From: an uncultured Candidatus Peribacteria bacterium
Lineage (GTDB): Bacteria; Patescibacteriota; Gracilibacteria; Peribacterales; Peribacteraceae
Assembly (NCBI GenBank): GCA_964553135.1
Contig: CAZKJL010000002.1
Coordinates: 124,224 to 188,223 of the forward strand
Length of the DNA stretch: 64,000 nucleotides
Direction: 5' to 3'
Notes under the pieces: model-generated
Database searches by the model: none
What the model was told of the DNA's origin: nothing
Seen by the model: only the letters and a program-made list of their open reading frames with translations
Position numbers and translations under genes: made by a program
Part shown: positions 19,396 to 28,513 of the stretch, piece by piece
Layout of the letters: each line of letters begins with the position of its first letter
How positions within the stretch are numbered: the stretch's first letter is position 1

Positions 19396-19962
19396 ATGTT
19401 TACCGGAATCATCGAAGCCGTCGTACCCGTCCTGGAAGCCAAGAAGAACTTGCTCGTTCTTCCCCGGCCCGCATCCTTCGATGACATCAAGGTCGGGAGC
19501 AGCATCGCCGTGCTTGGCACGTGTTTATCAGTCACCGCATTCGATGACACATCGATATCGTTCGACGTCGTGGAAACCACGCTTCAGAAGACAAAACTCG
19601 GAGCACTTAAAGCAGGGGACTCGGTGAACCTTGAACGCGCACTCCGTGCCGATGGACGACTCGAGGGCCACATCGTTCTGGGACACATCGAAGGAACGGG
19701 GAAGGTTCTTTCCTTCAAGAGCACCATGCTTCAGATCTCCGTGCCGCAGCACTTGCTGCAATACGTCGTGCATCACGGCTCCATCACCATCGACGGCGTA
19801 GCACTCACGGTCGCATCGCTCGAAGCGGACAAGGTCACCGTGGCCCTCATCCCGCATACGCTTCAGAACACCACGCTCGGTTCGCTCAAGGCAGGGGAGA
19901 CCGTCAACCTTGAGACCGACGTCGTTGGGAAGTACATTCTCCGTGCACATGTCGCAAAGTAG
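19396..19962 (+). CDS. ribE: Riboflavin synthase (alpha chain)
   Basis: 188 aa beginning MFTGIIEAV, with the internal duplication typical of riboflavin synthase. Confidence 0.9.
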   Translation: MFTGIIEAVVPVLEAKKNLLVLPRPASFDDIKVGSSIAVLGTCLSVTAFDDTSISFDVVETTLQKTKLGALKAGDSVNLERALRADGRLEGHIVLGHIEGTGKVLSFKSTMLQISVPQHLLQYVVHHGSITIDGVALTVASLEADKVTVALIPHTLQNTTLGSLKAGETVNLETDVVGKYILRAHVAK

Positions 19963-20422
19963 CGTTCCCGACTTCGGCAAGATTGCGGTGGATCCTTCGT
20001 GGAAGGTCGCCATCGTTCGCTCGGTGTGGCACGGCGAGATGACGGCTTCGCTCGTCAAAGACGCGGTCGCGGGTCTGGTGGAAGCCGGGATCAAGAAGGA
20101 GAACATCGGCGTCATCGATGCCCCGGGTTCCTACGAAATTCCGCTCCTGTGCCAAGCCGCTCTGGAAGCGGGTGCGGACGGCGCCATCGCGTTCGGCATC
20201 ATCGTCCAGGGAGCCACGCATCACGCCAGGCTCATCGCCGAGGAGTCCGCTCGGGGCATCATGGATATACAGCTCAGACTCAAAAAACCCATCACGTACG
20301 AAGTGCTTTTCGTGAACAACGAAGAGGACGCGCGCGTTCGTTCCATCGGTCCGGGAGCCAAAGGGCGCCTGGCCGCCACGACGTTTCTCAGTTCGCTTGC
20401 GCATCTGAAGGAATTGAGTTGA
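19949..20422 (+). CDS. ribH: 6,7-dimethyl-8-ribityllumazine synthase
   Basis: Lumazine synthase-like sequence (VAIVRSVWHGEMT, IDAPGSYEIP, GIIVQGATHH). I chose the start at 19949 (MSQSS...), which overlaps the ribE end. Confidence 0.88.
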   Translation: MSQSSVPDFGKIAVDPSWKVAIVRSVWHGEMTASLVKDAVAGLVEAGIKKENIGVIDAPGSYEIPLLCQAALEAGADGAIAFGIIVQGATHHARLIAEESARGIMDIQLRLKKPITYEVLFVNNEEDARVRSIGPGAKGRLAATTFLSSLAHLKELS

Positions 20423-20486
20423 GGAATCTTGTACAACAGAAGTGTTCAAGATAACCTGCGAGCCAATAACATTTCTCGCTCCTCAC

Positions 20487-21851
20487 ATGTCTCATCGACG
20501 TATCGCGGGACTTCTGGTCTCCGCTCTCATTTCTCTCCCGATGCTCGTGAGTGCGGCGGGAATTTTCCCGGATGTCACCGATTCTCACCCGTTCAAAGGT
20601 GAAATCGAGTCGCTCGCTCGCGGCGGCATCGTGAAAGGAAACCCGGACGGAAACTTCTATCCCGATAAGAGCGTGAACCGCGCCGAATTCCTCAAATTGC
20701 TCTACACCGCCATGAACCGTCAGCCGAAGTCCATCTACGTGGGCTGCTTCGCCGACGTGGAGCGCGGCAGTTGGTACGAGGCGTTCGTCTGCGACGCGGC
20801 ATCCAAGGAAAACGGATTCGTCCAGGGCTACAGCGACGGCAAGTTTCGCCCCGCAAGTCCGGTGAGCCGCACGGAAGCTCTCAAGATGATCTTCACCGTC
20901 TTCGGTCTCCCCGTCGGCGATATCTCGGCCCAGGACCAGGACATCATCAAATTCGTCGATATCTCCGTCTCGGCGTGGTACAGCAAGTACATCAGCGCCG
21001 CGTACAAAGTCGGCGTGCTTCCCATCAACGGACAGGCCGGAGCCCGCTTCTACCCGGATAAAGAACTCAGCCGCGGTGAAGCCGCCGCCTACATCTTCAA
21101 TGCGATGAACGGCCGTGCTCATGCACAGGAATCGTCGTCCTCGTCGTCTTCATCCTCCGTGAGCAGTTCCGTCATGTCATCCAGCAGCTCCTCGGCACCG
21201 ACGGAAGTCCTGAAGAGCGTCAGCTTCCCCTTCGCCGACTCGGACAGCTTCTCGGGCCGCAAGTCCGTGAGTTACCTCTTCACGCTCACGGCCGCGCGCA
21301 CGATGTTCTCCCTCAACACGACGATCTACGGATACTACCCATCCGACGTTTCCTGCCGCCTGTATCTCATCGGTGAGGACGGATTCAGTTCCGAGTATTA
21401 CCTCGGCGTACAGTCCACGAACAGCTGCGACATGAACGTTGCCGTGGGTCCGGGCAAATATCAGCTCCAAATTCAGCCCAGCGTCGCCAGCGTCCCGTAC
21501 AAACTCAGCGCCAAGGGAGGTACGTCCGACGGCAACGACGGTTTCATCGACGCGCTCACCATGCTCTTCAACAGGCCGTACGTGGCGACCCTCGAAGCCA
21601 ACGATTACTACGACTGGTACAAGTTCAGCGTCACCAAGGAACAAATCGCCACGGTCATGCTCTCCTCCCCGGAGGACATGAACTGCATCATCTACACGCC
21701 GGCATCCGTGGATCAGTACGGTTTCAGCGGCCCGCAGTGCGGATCTCCGTACACGTTCGTTCCGGGAGATTCATACATCGTCGGCATCGGTCGCAAGGGC
21801 ACGGGCTCCAACGTTGCCGCCAAGCTCACCTACACCATTAAGTGGCAGTAG
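20487..21851 (+). CDS. SLH-domain surface protein with a poly-Ser linker and a C-terminal PPC-like beta-sandwich domain
   Basis: Signal peptide MSHRRIAGLLVSALISLPMLVSAAG, three SLH-like repeats (FPDVTDSHPFKGEIESLARGGIVKG, etc.) and a Ser run. The C-terminal motif ANDYYDWYKFSV resembles a pre-peptidase C-terminal domain. Confidence 0.8.
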   Translation: MSHRRIAGLLVSALISLPMLVSAAGIFPDVTDSHPFKGEIESLARGGIVKGNPDGNFYPDKSVNRAEFLKLLYTAMNRQPKSIYVGCFADVERGSWYEAFVCDAASKENGFVQGYSDGKFRPASPVSRTEALKMIFTVFGLPVGDISAQDQDIIKFVDISVSAWYSKYISAAYKVGVLPINGQAGARFYPDKELSRGEAAAYIFNAMNGRAHAQESSSSSSSSSVSSSVMSSSSSSAPTEVLKSVSFPFADSDSFSGRKSVSYLFTLTAARTMFSLNTTIYGYYPSDVSCRLYLIGEDGFSSEYYLGVQSTNSCDMNVAVGPGKYQLQIQPSVASVPYKLSAKGGTSDGNDGFIDALTMLFNRPYVATLEANDYYDWYKFSVTKEQIATVMLSSPEDMNCIIYTPASVDQYGFSGPQCGSPYTFVPGDSYIVGIGRKGTGSNVAAKLTYTIKWQ

Positions 21852-21925
21852 GTTCGTAGGAATTCATTCATCATCTCTCGATGCAGGCCTGCACAAGGCC
21901 TTGCATCGTGCTATCATCAGTCCTC

Positions 21926-23134
21926 ATGAAGAAAAACGATCAAGCCATCGAGCAGGCGGTTCAAGCGCTGAAAAAAGGCGAGTTCGTCATCGTGGTCGAT
22001 GACGAAGGCCGCGAAAATGAGGGGGATCTTGTCCTCGCCGCAGAACATGCGACCGCCGAAAAACTGGCGTTCATCATCCGCAATACCGGCGGCGTGGTGT
22101 GCTTGGCGCTCAGCAACGAAATCGCCGATCGATTGGATCTTCCCGCGATGGTTCTCCACAACACCAGCAAGCGCGCCACGCCGTTCACGGTGAGCATCGA
22201 AGCCAAGGATGGCATCGAGACCGGCATCTCCGCCGCCGACCGCGCCCACACCATCCGCACCGCCATCGACCGCAAAACGACGGCCGACGATCTCAGCAGA
22301 CCCGGACACGTGTTCCCGCTCCGCGCGCAAGACGGCGGCGTGCTGTGGCGTTCGGGTCACACCGAAGCATCCGTCGATTTGTGCAAACTCGCGGGCCTCC
22401 GCGAAGGAGCGGTCATCAGCGAGCTCATGAAGCAAGACGGCACGATGATGCGCTTGCCGCAGCTGCAGGCCTTCGCCAAGAAACACAAGATCCCGCTCAT
22501 CGCCGTGAAAGACCTGATCGCGTACCGTCGCGCACGCGAGTCGCTCATCTTGCTCTCCGCACGGAGCCAATTGGAGACCGAGTACGGCATGTTCGAGATT
22601 TCGGTCTACACCGACATGAACCGCCGTGAGCACGTCGCCATGAAGATGGGCGAGTTCGATGAAAAAACTCCCGTTCTCGTGCGGGTGCACTCCGAGTGCA
22701 TCACCGGGGACGTGTTCCACTCCCGTCACTGCGATTGCGGCGAGCAGCTTCATCTCGCCCTTCAGATGATCGCCAAGGAAAAGAAGGGTGTGGTGGTCTA
22801 CCTGCGCCAGGAAGGCCGCAGCATCGGCCTTGCCAACAAGATCCGCGCGTACGCCCTGCAGCACTTGGGCATGGATACCGTCGATGCCAATCGTGCACTC
22901 GGACTCCCCGACGATCTCCGTGAGTACGGTGTGGGTGCGCAGATCCTCAAAGACGTCGGTGTGGGGAAAATGAAACTCCTCACGAACAATCCCAAGAAAG
23001 TCGTGGGACTCGAAGGCTACGGACTCACCATTGCGAAGCAAATGGCCATCGAAGTCGCGCCGAAAAGTGAGCGCCAGCGGAAGTACATGAAGACGAAGAA
23101 AGACAAGATGAATCACAGGCTGAAGAGCGTTTGA
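21926..23134 (+). CDS. ribBA: Bifunctional 3,4-dihydroxy-2-butanone-4-phosphate synthase / GTP cyclohydrolase II
   Basis: The RibB part has VVDDEGRENEGDL and GHTEASVDL. The RibA part has RVHSECITGDVFHSRHCDCG. I chose the start at MKKNDQAIEQA. Confidence 0.93.
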   Translation: MKKNDQAIEQAVQALKKGEFVIVVDDEGRENEGDLVLAAEHATAEKLAFIIRNTGGVVCLALSNEIADRLDLPAMVLHNTSKRATPFTVSIEAKDGIETGISAADRAHTIRTAIDRKTTADDLSRPGHVFPLRAQDGGVLWRSGHTEASVDLCKLAGLREGAVISELMKQDGTMMRLPQLQAFAKKHKIPLIAVKDLIAYRRARESLILLSARSQLETEYGMFEISVYTDMNRREHVAMKMGEFDEKTPVLVRVHSECITGDVFHSRHCDCGEQLHLALQMIAKEKKGVVVYLRQEGRSIGLANKIRAYALQHLGMDTVDANRALGLPDDLREYGVGAQILKDVGVGKMKLLTNNPKKVVGLEGYGLTIAKQMAIEVAPKSERQRKYMKTKKDKMNHRLKSV

Positions 23135-23200
23135 GGGCGAAGCTCCCAAGAACTTGATTCGATTGTGTGGTGACCGTCGCTACCCTAAGATCTGCCTCCT

Positions 23201-23947
23201 GTGTTGGAAGGTAAGCCATTCATCTACGAGCCGAAACGGCAGCTTGTGACGAGCGGAGAAGCCGCTGACCTTGTGACGTACGAAGGTGCCGACTGTCACA
23301 TGTTCACGGTAAACGGCGATCATATAAGTCCTGATATTGCCTCGCTCCATTCTATGGTTGGGGAACTGCAGTTGTGCCCTGCGGACGGTGAGGCGTATTT
23401 GGTGCAGGAATGCGTTAGCGAAGCCCTGGCAGCCGCAACGCAAGGCAGGTACGGAGTTGCAGCAGTGTTGTCGTCCGTGCGGGAAGGCTCAAGAAAAATT
23501 CTGCATAAGGCTCGAAATGAGCGTTTTACAGGTAGCACGTATCAATTCACGGGTCATGCCGAAATGCGTCTCGTCGATATGGCGACACCGTATCTCCAAG
23601 ATACGACTGCGGATCACGAATCGGATCTTTCCTGCGTGAACCTGTGTCCTTGCCCGGGCTGCTTCGGACACATGTTGGATGCGCATCTGTCTCCTGTTCT
23701 CGTTGGATCCATTGATCCTCAGGTCGGTGCTGCGTTCTTGCGCGGTGATAAGCTGCAATACGCTGCCGGCATGCCGCGCAAACAAGTCATGGAAGAACGG
23801 AAATTCATCTATCGTTTTCCGGAAATCGCTGATCCTAAACTTCGGAATCTACTTTTATCTCTCTCGTGGGAAGTCTTCCATGCCACGCGAAAGCAAGTGC
23901 ACCGTGCGGTGCACGGCGTCACGCTTCGCGAAGACGGGAATCAATGA
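23201..23947 (+). CDS. CMP/dCMP-type zinc deaminase-fold protein, substrate unknown
   Basis: 248-aa ORF (GTG start, uncertain) with the zinc-binding motifs GHAEMRLV and CPCPGC. It ends 1 nt before the 3' end of tRNA-Arg(TCG). Confidence 0.6.
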   Translation: MLEGKPFIYEPKRQLVTSGEAADLVTYEGADCHMFTVNGDHISPDIASLHSMVGELQLCPADGEAYLVQECVSEALAAATQGRYGVAAVLSSVREGSRKILHKARNERFTGSTYQFTGHAEMRLVDMATPYLQDTTADHESDLSCVNLCPCPGCFGHMLDAHLSPVLVGSIDPQVGAAFLRGDKLQYAAGMPRKQVMEERKFIYRFPEIADPKLRNLLLSLSWEVFHATRKQVHRAVHGVTLREDGNQ

Positions 23948-24024
23948 TGGTGCCCCCGGCAGGATTCGAACCCACGACCTCCTGGTCCGAAGCCAGGCGC
24001 TCTATCCAGCTGAGCTACAAGGGC
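23948..24024 (-). tRNA. tRNA-Arg (anticodon TCG), CCA encoded
   Basis: Hand-folded cloverleaf: GCCCTTG TA GCTC AGCTGGATA GAGC G CCTGG CTTCGGA CCAGG AGGTC GTGGG TTCGAAT CCTGC CGGGGGC A CCA. Several G-U pairs occur in the acceptor and T stems. Confidence 0.8.
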
Positions 24025-24275
24025 ACTAGGGATAGTGTAATGGATTATTCATAGAACGCGCAGGCGCTTTTTTAATGACGCTTTGCTACCGCAAAGCTAG
24101 GCCAGCTGAGCTACAAGGGCACTGGGATAGTGTAATGGATTATTCATAGAACGCGCAGGCGCTTTTTTTAATTACGCTTTGCTACCGCAAAGCTAGGCCA
24201 GCCGAGCCAGAAGGGCACTGCTCTGAATTGTCGCGGATTCTTCGCAGAACGCACAGGCGCTTTTTAGGATTTTGC
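24006..24275. repeat. About 2.8 tandem copies of a 96-bp unit, each containing the first 19 nt of tRNA-Arg(TCG) plus its upstream flank
   Basis: CCAGCTGAGCTACAAGGGCAC occurs at 24006 and 24102, with a degenerate copy CCAGCCGAGCCAGAAGGGCAC at 24198. The intervening 75 nt are near-identical between copies 1 and 2 and diverged in copy 3. Confidence 0.9.
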
Positions 24276-25103
24276 AGCTTCTCGAATCCGCCGCTCTTCT
24301 TCGGCGACCCAGATGAACATCACGAGCACCCACAGCACGCCTTCGCTCGTCACGGCCGTGGTCCACATCAATGTTCTGCAGATCACGTAGACCAACATTC
24401 CCGCTCCGGCATACAGCCGAATCCTTGGGATGAGCATGCCGAGGCCGAGCGCCAGCGTCACCCACCAGCTTGCGATCCACAGAACGGGTCCGACGGAGGT
24501 TCGGGCAATCGTGACGATCCCATGCTTAAGTTCGGGCGTCGCGCTCATCACGTCGTGTTGGAAGTGCTGGAATTGCCACGCAAACGATGCGGGTGACGCA
24601 TCGCCGATGAGATATCTGTCCCATACCAAGAAGAGCATGTAGAACGCCAGCCACAGCGTCATGAGCGTCCAGGTGCGGCTCGTCATCTTGTCCCTGAAAA
24701 AATAGTATCCGCACAGCCACAGCGAAATGCCGACGAAAACGATGAAGCCGTGGCCGTGCCACACGGCGAGCAAGATGTTGAGCTGCACGATGAAGAGCGG
24801 AATCATGAACCACTTCACTTTGGCGTTGTAAATGAGCGCAATGCCCGCCGCGAACTGAATTGCGATGGTCAGAAGAGCCAGAACCGAGATATGCGGAATG
24901 GCGAATTCCATGAACGGGACATACCAGCTCAGTGAAAATTTTTGATCGATCCAGCTGCGGAAAACACCGTCGAGTGTCGCGGTCTTGAGTCCGAAGAAAC
25001 TGTCGGTGAATTTGAAGTATGCCGCGGAGGCGAAGAAGTAGCCCGCAAAAATTTGCGCCACGCGGGGCCAGAGCGCCGATGGGTAGGTGGGCTTAGCGGA
25101 CAT
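24264..25103 (-). CDS. Polytopic membrane protein, function unknown
   Basis: 279-aa ORF with multiple hydrophobic segments. It overlaps the upstream 25093..25557 gene by 11 nt. Confidence 0.65.
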   Translation of the reverse strand: MSAKPTYPSALWPRVAQIFAGYFFASAAYFKFTDSFFGLKTATLDGVFRSWIDQKFSLSWYVPFMEFAIPHISVLALLTIAIQFAAGIALIYNAKVKWFMIPLFIVQLNILLAVWHGHGFIVFVGISLWLCGYYFFRDKMTSRTWTLMTLWLAFYMLFLVWDRYLIGDASPASFAWQFQHFQHDVMSATPELKHGIVTIARTSVGPVLWIASWWVTLALGLGMLIPRIRLYAGAGMLVYVICRTLMWTTAVTSEGVLWVLVMFIWVAEEERRIREAAKS

Positions 25104-25557
25104 ACGGTACGGGCAAGAACCATGGAAAGTCGCCCGGGTTCAGCGCGCAGGCGTTGAGCGGATCCAAATAATACTTTCCTTTGAAGTACGGTTGCGCCCA
25201 GACGACCGTCCAACCCTCCGCTGACGGTTGTCCGCAGAGCACGTTTCTCGCGTACATCGCGCAGCTCTCCGGGTTATGCATGGGTGCACTCCACACGGGG
25301 CGAGTGTTCGTCGTGCCGGCCAGAACGTTCAGGTTCTTCGCATCCGTGTTCGTGCTCGGGTCTTTGTCGTACACGCGTGCTTGGCACCAGCTGTCGGTGT
25401 ACATGCCGCCCCACTGGGTGAATCTTTCCATGCCGAAGACTGCAGGCAACATCATCGTGCTCACGATGAGCACCGAAACGATGCAGAAAAACAAGGACCA
25501 CGGTCGAAGCAGAAATTGAAAAGTCTGATGCATGGCGACCATGGTAACACTTTTCAT
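25093..25557 (-). CDS. Small membrane-anchored/secreted Cys-containing protein
   Basis: I chose the start MKSVTMVAMHQ..., which is preceded by GAGGAG. There is one N-terminal hydrophobic segment followed by a soluble domain with four Cys. The ORF-track N-terminal extension looks like antisense of the 25582 gene. Confidence 0.55.
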   Translation of the reverse strand: MKSVTMVAMHQTFQFLLRPWSLFFCIVSVLIVSTMMLPAVFGMERFTQWGGMYTDSWCQARVYDKDPSTNTDAKNLNVLAGTTNTRPVWSAPMHNPESCAMYARNVLCGQPSAEGWTVVWAQPYFKGKYYLDPLNACALNPGDFPWFLPVPYVR

Positions 25558-25581
25558 GACTCCTCTTGTATAGTGTTTCAT

Positions 25582-25974
25582 ATGTCGTTCAATGACGAAG
25601 CCGACGTCAGCCCTTCCTCTGCGGATTATCTGGAGTCTCCGCACGAGGCCAAACGCAAGGCACTCAAGGCCAAGCTGGAGAAGCAGGGCAAGAAAGACGA
25701 AGCCAACAAGCCGGGCGCCGATCTCAAGTCGCTGCAGCTCGCTCTCCTCAAGTCGCAAGTGAGCGACAAGGATCAACGGCAGAAAGATCAACAAGCGCAA
25801 AAAGATGTCGCACCCGTGAAAGCAGGGACCAAAACCCGCGAACAGGAAATCAAATCACAAACCATGAAGGCCGATGCCAAGCCCGACGTCACGCAGATGA
25901 CGAAGCAGGCTCAAGCGCAGCAAAAAGCCGATGAGCAACTGAAGAAAGACGAGGTCCAAGGCGAGGACGCCTAG
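25582..25974 (+). CDS. Lys/Gln/Ala-rich low-complexity protein
   Basis: 130 aa from MSFNDEADVSPSS... The remainder is charged and probably disordered. It diverges from the 25557 gene. Confidence 0.45.
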   Translation: MSFNDEADVSPSSADYLESPHEAKRKALKAKLEKQGKKDEANKPGADLKSLQLALLKSQVSDKDQRQKDQQAQKDVAPVKAGTKTREQEIKSQTMKADAKPDVTQMTKQAQAQQKADEQLKKDEVQGEDA

Positions 25975-27374
25975 GCGCCCCACGCGGAGTGGAACACTCC
26001 CTCTTTATCCGTGCGCGTGTACGTGTGCGCGCCGAAAAAATCGCGCTGCGCTTGCGTGAGATTTTGCGGCAAGCGTGCCGTACGCAGTCCGTCGAAGTAC
26101 GACAGCGAAGCGGTCATGGCGGGGAGCGGAATGCCGGCAAACACGGCGCCGCTCACGACTTTGCGCCATTTGGCGTGACGTGCTTGGAACAGCGGCAGAA
26201 TGTTCGGGGCCAGAATCAGGTTGGGCAGCTTCGGGTCGGCGCGGAACGCGGCCTCGAATTCTTTGAGGAGGGTGGAGCGAATGATGCAGCCGCCTTTCCA
26301 AATGCGGCAGACTTCGGCCAAGTCCACGGTCCAACCGTGCGTCCTCGCGGCTTCGGCGATCATGGCCATGCCCTGGGCGTAGGAACAAATCTTGCTGAGG
26401 AACAGCGCGTCTTTGAGGGCACGCACCGTCAGTTTTATGTTCTTGAACTCGAGCGGGCCCACCGTTGTTTCCGCCGACGTGCGCAGCGTCTTCAGTGAGG
26501 ACATGAGGCGTCCGTCCACGGCGGCGGTGATGGTGGGGATGCCGATCCCCAAGTCCATCGCGGTCTGCGTCGTCCACTTGCCCGTACCTTTTTGCTTGGC
26601 TTCGTCTTTCACCATGTCGATGAGGTCGTTTTGCGTGCCCTGATCGTCTTTCTTCAGGAAGATCGATGCCGTGATTTCGATCAAAAATGATTTGAGTTCT
26701 TTGCCGCGGTTCCAAAGCCGGAACGTCTCGGCGATCTCGGCGTTGCTCAGTTTGAGCACCGATTTCATCAAATGGTACGTCTCGGCGATGAGCTGCATGT
26801 CGCCGTACTCGATGCCGTTGTGGACCATCTTCACGAAGTGACCGCTGCCGCCTTGGCCGAGGAGCGAGACGCATTTGCCGCCGCCTCCGTCCTTGGCGGC
26901 CATTTTTTTGAGAAGCGGTTCCAGGCGTCCGTAGGCTTCGGGGCTGCCGCCGGGCATCATGCTGGGTCCCAGAAGCGCTCCTTCTTCGCCGCCCGAAACG
27001 CCCATGCCCAGATACGCGATTCCTTTCGATGAGAGAGCTTTTTCGCGACGTTCCGTGTCGGCGAACAGGCTGTTGCCTCCATCGATGATGGCATCACCGG
27101 CAGCAAGCAGGGGCACAAGTTCATCAATCACGGCGTCTACGGCAGCACCGGCGTTCACCATCAAGAGAATCGATCGCGGAGCCGGCAGCTTGGCGACCAA
27201 TTCGGCCAGCGTATGGCACGCCAGAAACGTCGCTTCCGTTCCATGTGCCCGCATGAATTCGTCGGTCTTCTCGGTCGTGCGGTTGTACACCGCGACGGTG
27301 GCGCCGTTACGAGCGGCGTTGCGAGCCAGGTTGGCTCCCATGACGCCGAGGCCGATGAGTCCGAGATGCTGCAT
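25971..27374 (-). CDS. gnd: 6-phosphogluconate dehydrogenase (decarboxylating)
   Basis: 467 aa: MQHLGLIGLGVMGANLARN, GGSGHFVKMVHNGIEYGDMQLI. Confidence 0.95.
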   Translation of the reverse strand: MQHLGLIGLGVMGANLARNAARNGATVAVYNRTTEKTDEFMRAHGTEATFLACHTLAELVAKLPAPRSILLMVNAGAAVDAVIDELVPLLAAGDAIIDGGNSLFADTERREKALSSKGIAYLGMGVSGGEEGALLGPSMMPGGSPEAYGRLEPLLKKMAAKDGGGGKCVSLLGQGGSGHFVKMVHNGIEYGDMQLIAETYHLMKSVLKLSNAEIAETFRLWNRGKELKSFLIEITASIFLKKDDQGTQNDLIDMVKDEAKQKGTGKWTTQTAMDLGIGIPTITAAVDGRLMSSLKTLRTSAETTVGPLEFKNIKLTVRALKDALFLSKICSYAQGMAMIAEAARTHGWTVDLAEVCRIWKGGCIIRSTLLKEFEAAFRADPKLPNLILAPNILPLFQARHAKWRKVVSGAVFAGIPLPAMTASLSYFDGLRTARLPQNLTQAQRDFFGAHTYTRTDKEGVFHSAWGA

Positions 27375-27379
27375 GTGGA

Positions 27380-28021
27380 TTATTGTTGGACTTTGGCCCA
27401 GTCGTCTTGGAATTTCTTGAGACCGGCATCCGTCAATTGATGCTTGGGTAATTCCAGCATCACGCCGTAGGGCATCGTGCCGATATGAGCTCCCATCAGC
27501 GCAGCACGGTGCACATGCGCAACGTTGCGGATGGATGCGACCAGAACCTCCGTCTTGATATCGAAATGGCGGTACGCCTGGAGGATCTCCTCCACGACTT
27601 TCATGCCGTCTTCGCCGATGTCATCCAGCCTGCCGACGAACGGGCTCACGATCGTTGCGCCTGCCTTGGCTGCAAGAAGCGCTTGCTCGACGGAGAAAAT
27701 CAACGTGGTGTTCGTCCTGATTCCTTTTTTCTTGAAATGCGAGAGCGCCTTGAGGCCCTCCACTGTCATCGGAACTTTCACGTACACGTTCTTGTGCCAC
27801 GATGCGTATTCCTCGCCTTGCTTGATCATGCCCGGTGCGTCCGTGGCGGTGACTTGCGCACTGACGCAGGGAACGTGTTTGCACATTTCCAGAATCGTCG
27901 GTTTGAATTCCTTTCCTTCTTTGGCGACGAGCGAAGGGTTCGTCGTCACGCCGTCCAGCACTCCCCAAGCTGCTATCTCGGCCACTTGAGCCGTATTCGC
28001 GGTGTCCAAAAAGAGTTTCAT
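27380..28021 (-). CDS. tal: Transaldolase (short TalC / fructose-6-phosphate aldolase-like type)
   Basis: MKLFLDTANTAQVAEIAAWGVLDGVTTNPSL..., with the VKVP lysine motif. Internal start at 28021. Confidence 0.9.
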   Translation of the reverse strand: MKLFLDTANTAQVAEIAAWGVLDGVTTNPSLVAKEGKEFKPTILEMCKHVPCVSAQVTATDAPGMIKQGEEYASWHKNVYVKVPMTVEGLKALSHFKKKGIRTNTTLIFSVEQALLAAKAGATIVSPFVGRLDDIGEDGMKVVEEILQAYRHFDIKTEVLVASIRNVAHVHRAALMGAHIGTMPYGVMLELPKHQLTDAGLKKFQDDWAKVQQ

Positions 28022-28073
28022 GCGAGATTGGAGGGGAGGAGGCAGTCGTGAGTATACTGCCAACGCTTCATTC

Positions 28074-28508
28074 ATGAAATTCCAGAACACCCTCATCGTC
28101 GGCGTCATGCTCCTCATCGGTGCCGTCGCCGTGGGTGAGCGCGTTTATGACACCGTGTGGCCCGAGCCCATCGAAGATCGTTCACCCCGTTTCGAGGGCG
28201 GCCAGCCGGCCGAACCGGTCGTTCCGAGTGACGCCACGGTCCGCATCGACATGGTGCCCGATGCGTTCGAGCCCGAGCACGTGACGGTGCAGAAAGGACA
28301 GAAAGTCTGTTGGGTGAACAACGATACCGACGGCAGATGGCCCGCATCGAACGTCCATCCCACGCACGAAGTGTATTCGGCGTTCGATCCCAAAGGTCCG
28401 GTACGCCCGGGCGAGACGTGGTGCTTCACGTTCGACAAAGTCGGTTCGTGGGTGTTCCACGATCATCTGCTCCCCGAACTCACGGGCTCCGTTCTGGTTC
28501 AGGAATAG
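28074..28508 (+). CDS. Membrane-anchored cupredoxin-like domain protein
   Basis: MKFQNTLIVGVMLLIGAVAV anchor, then VTVQKGQKVCWVNNDTDGRWPASNVHPTHEVY...GSWVFHDHLLPE. It is paralogous to the C-terminus of the 7135..8349 product. Confidence 0.7.
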   Translation: MKFQNTLIVGVMLLIGAVAVGERVYDTVWPEPIEDRSPRFEGGQPAEPVVPSDATVRIDMVPDAFEPEHVTVQKGQKVCWVNNDTDGRWPASNVHPTHEVYSAFDPKGPVRPGETWCFTFDKVGSWVFHDHLLPELTGSVLVQE

Positions 28509-28513
28509 TTCTC

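Noticed and set aside
21125-21195. TCG/TCC-rich simple-sequence runs (also 7780-7850 and 7990-8070), considered as microsatellites
   Set aside because: They are in frame within the SLH proteins and encode poly-Ser linkers.
21879-21908. Hairpin GATGCAGGCC...GGCCTTGCATC upstream of ribBA, considered as an FMN riboswitch or terminator
   Set aside because: It is far too short for an FMN aptamer and has no T-run. It may be a weak terminator of the SLH gene, but the support is insufficient.
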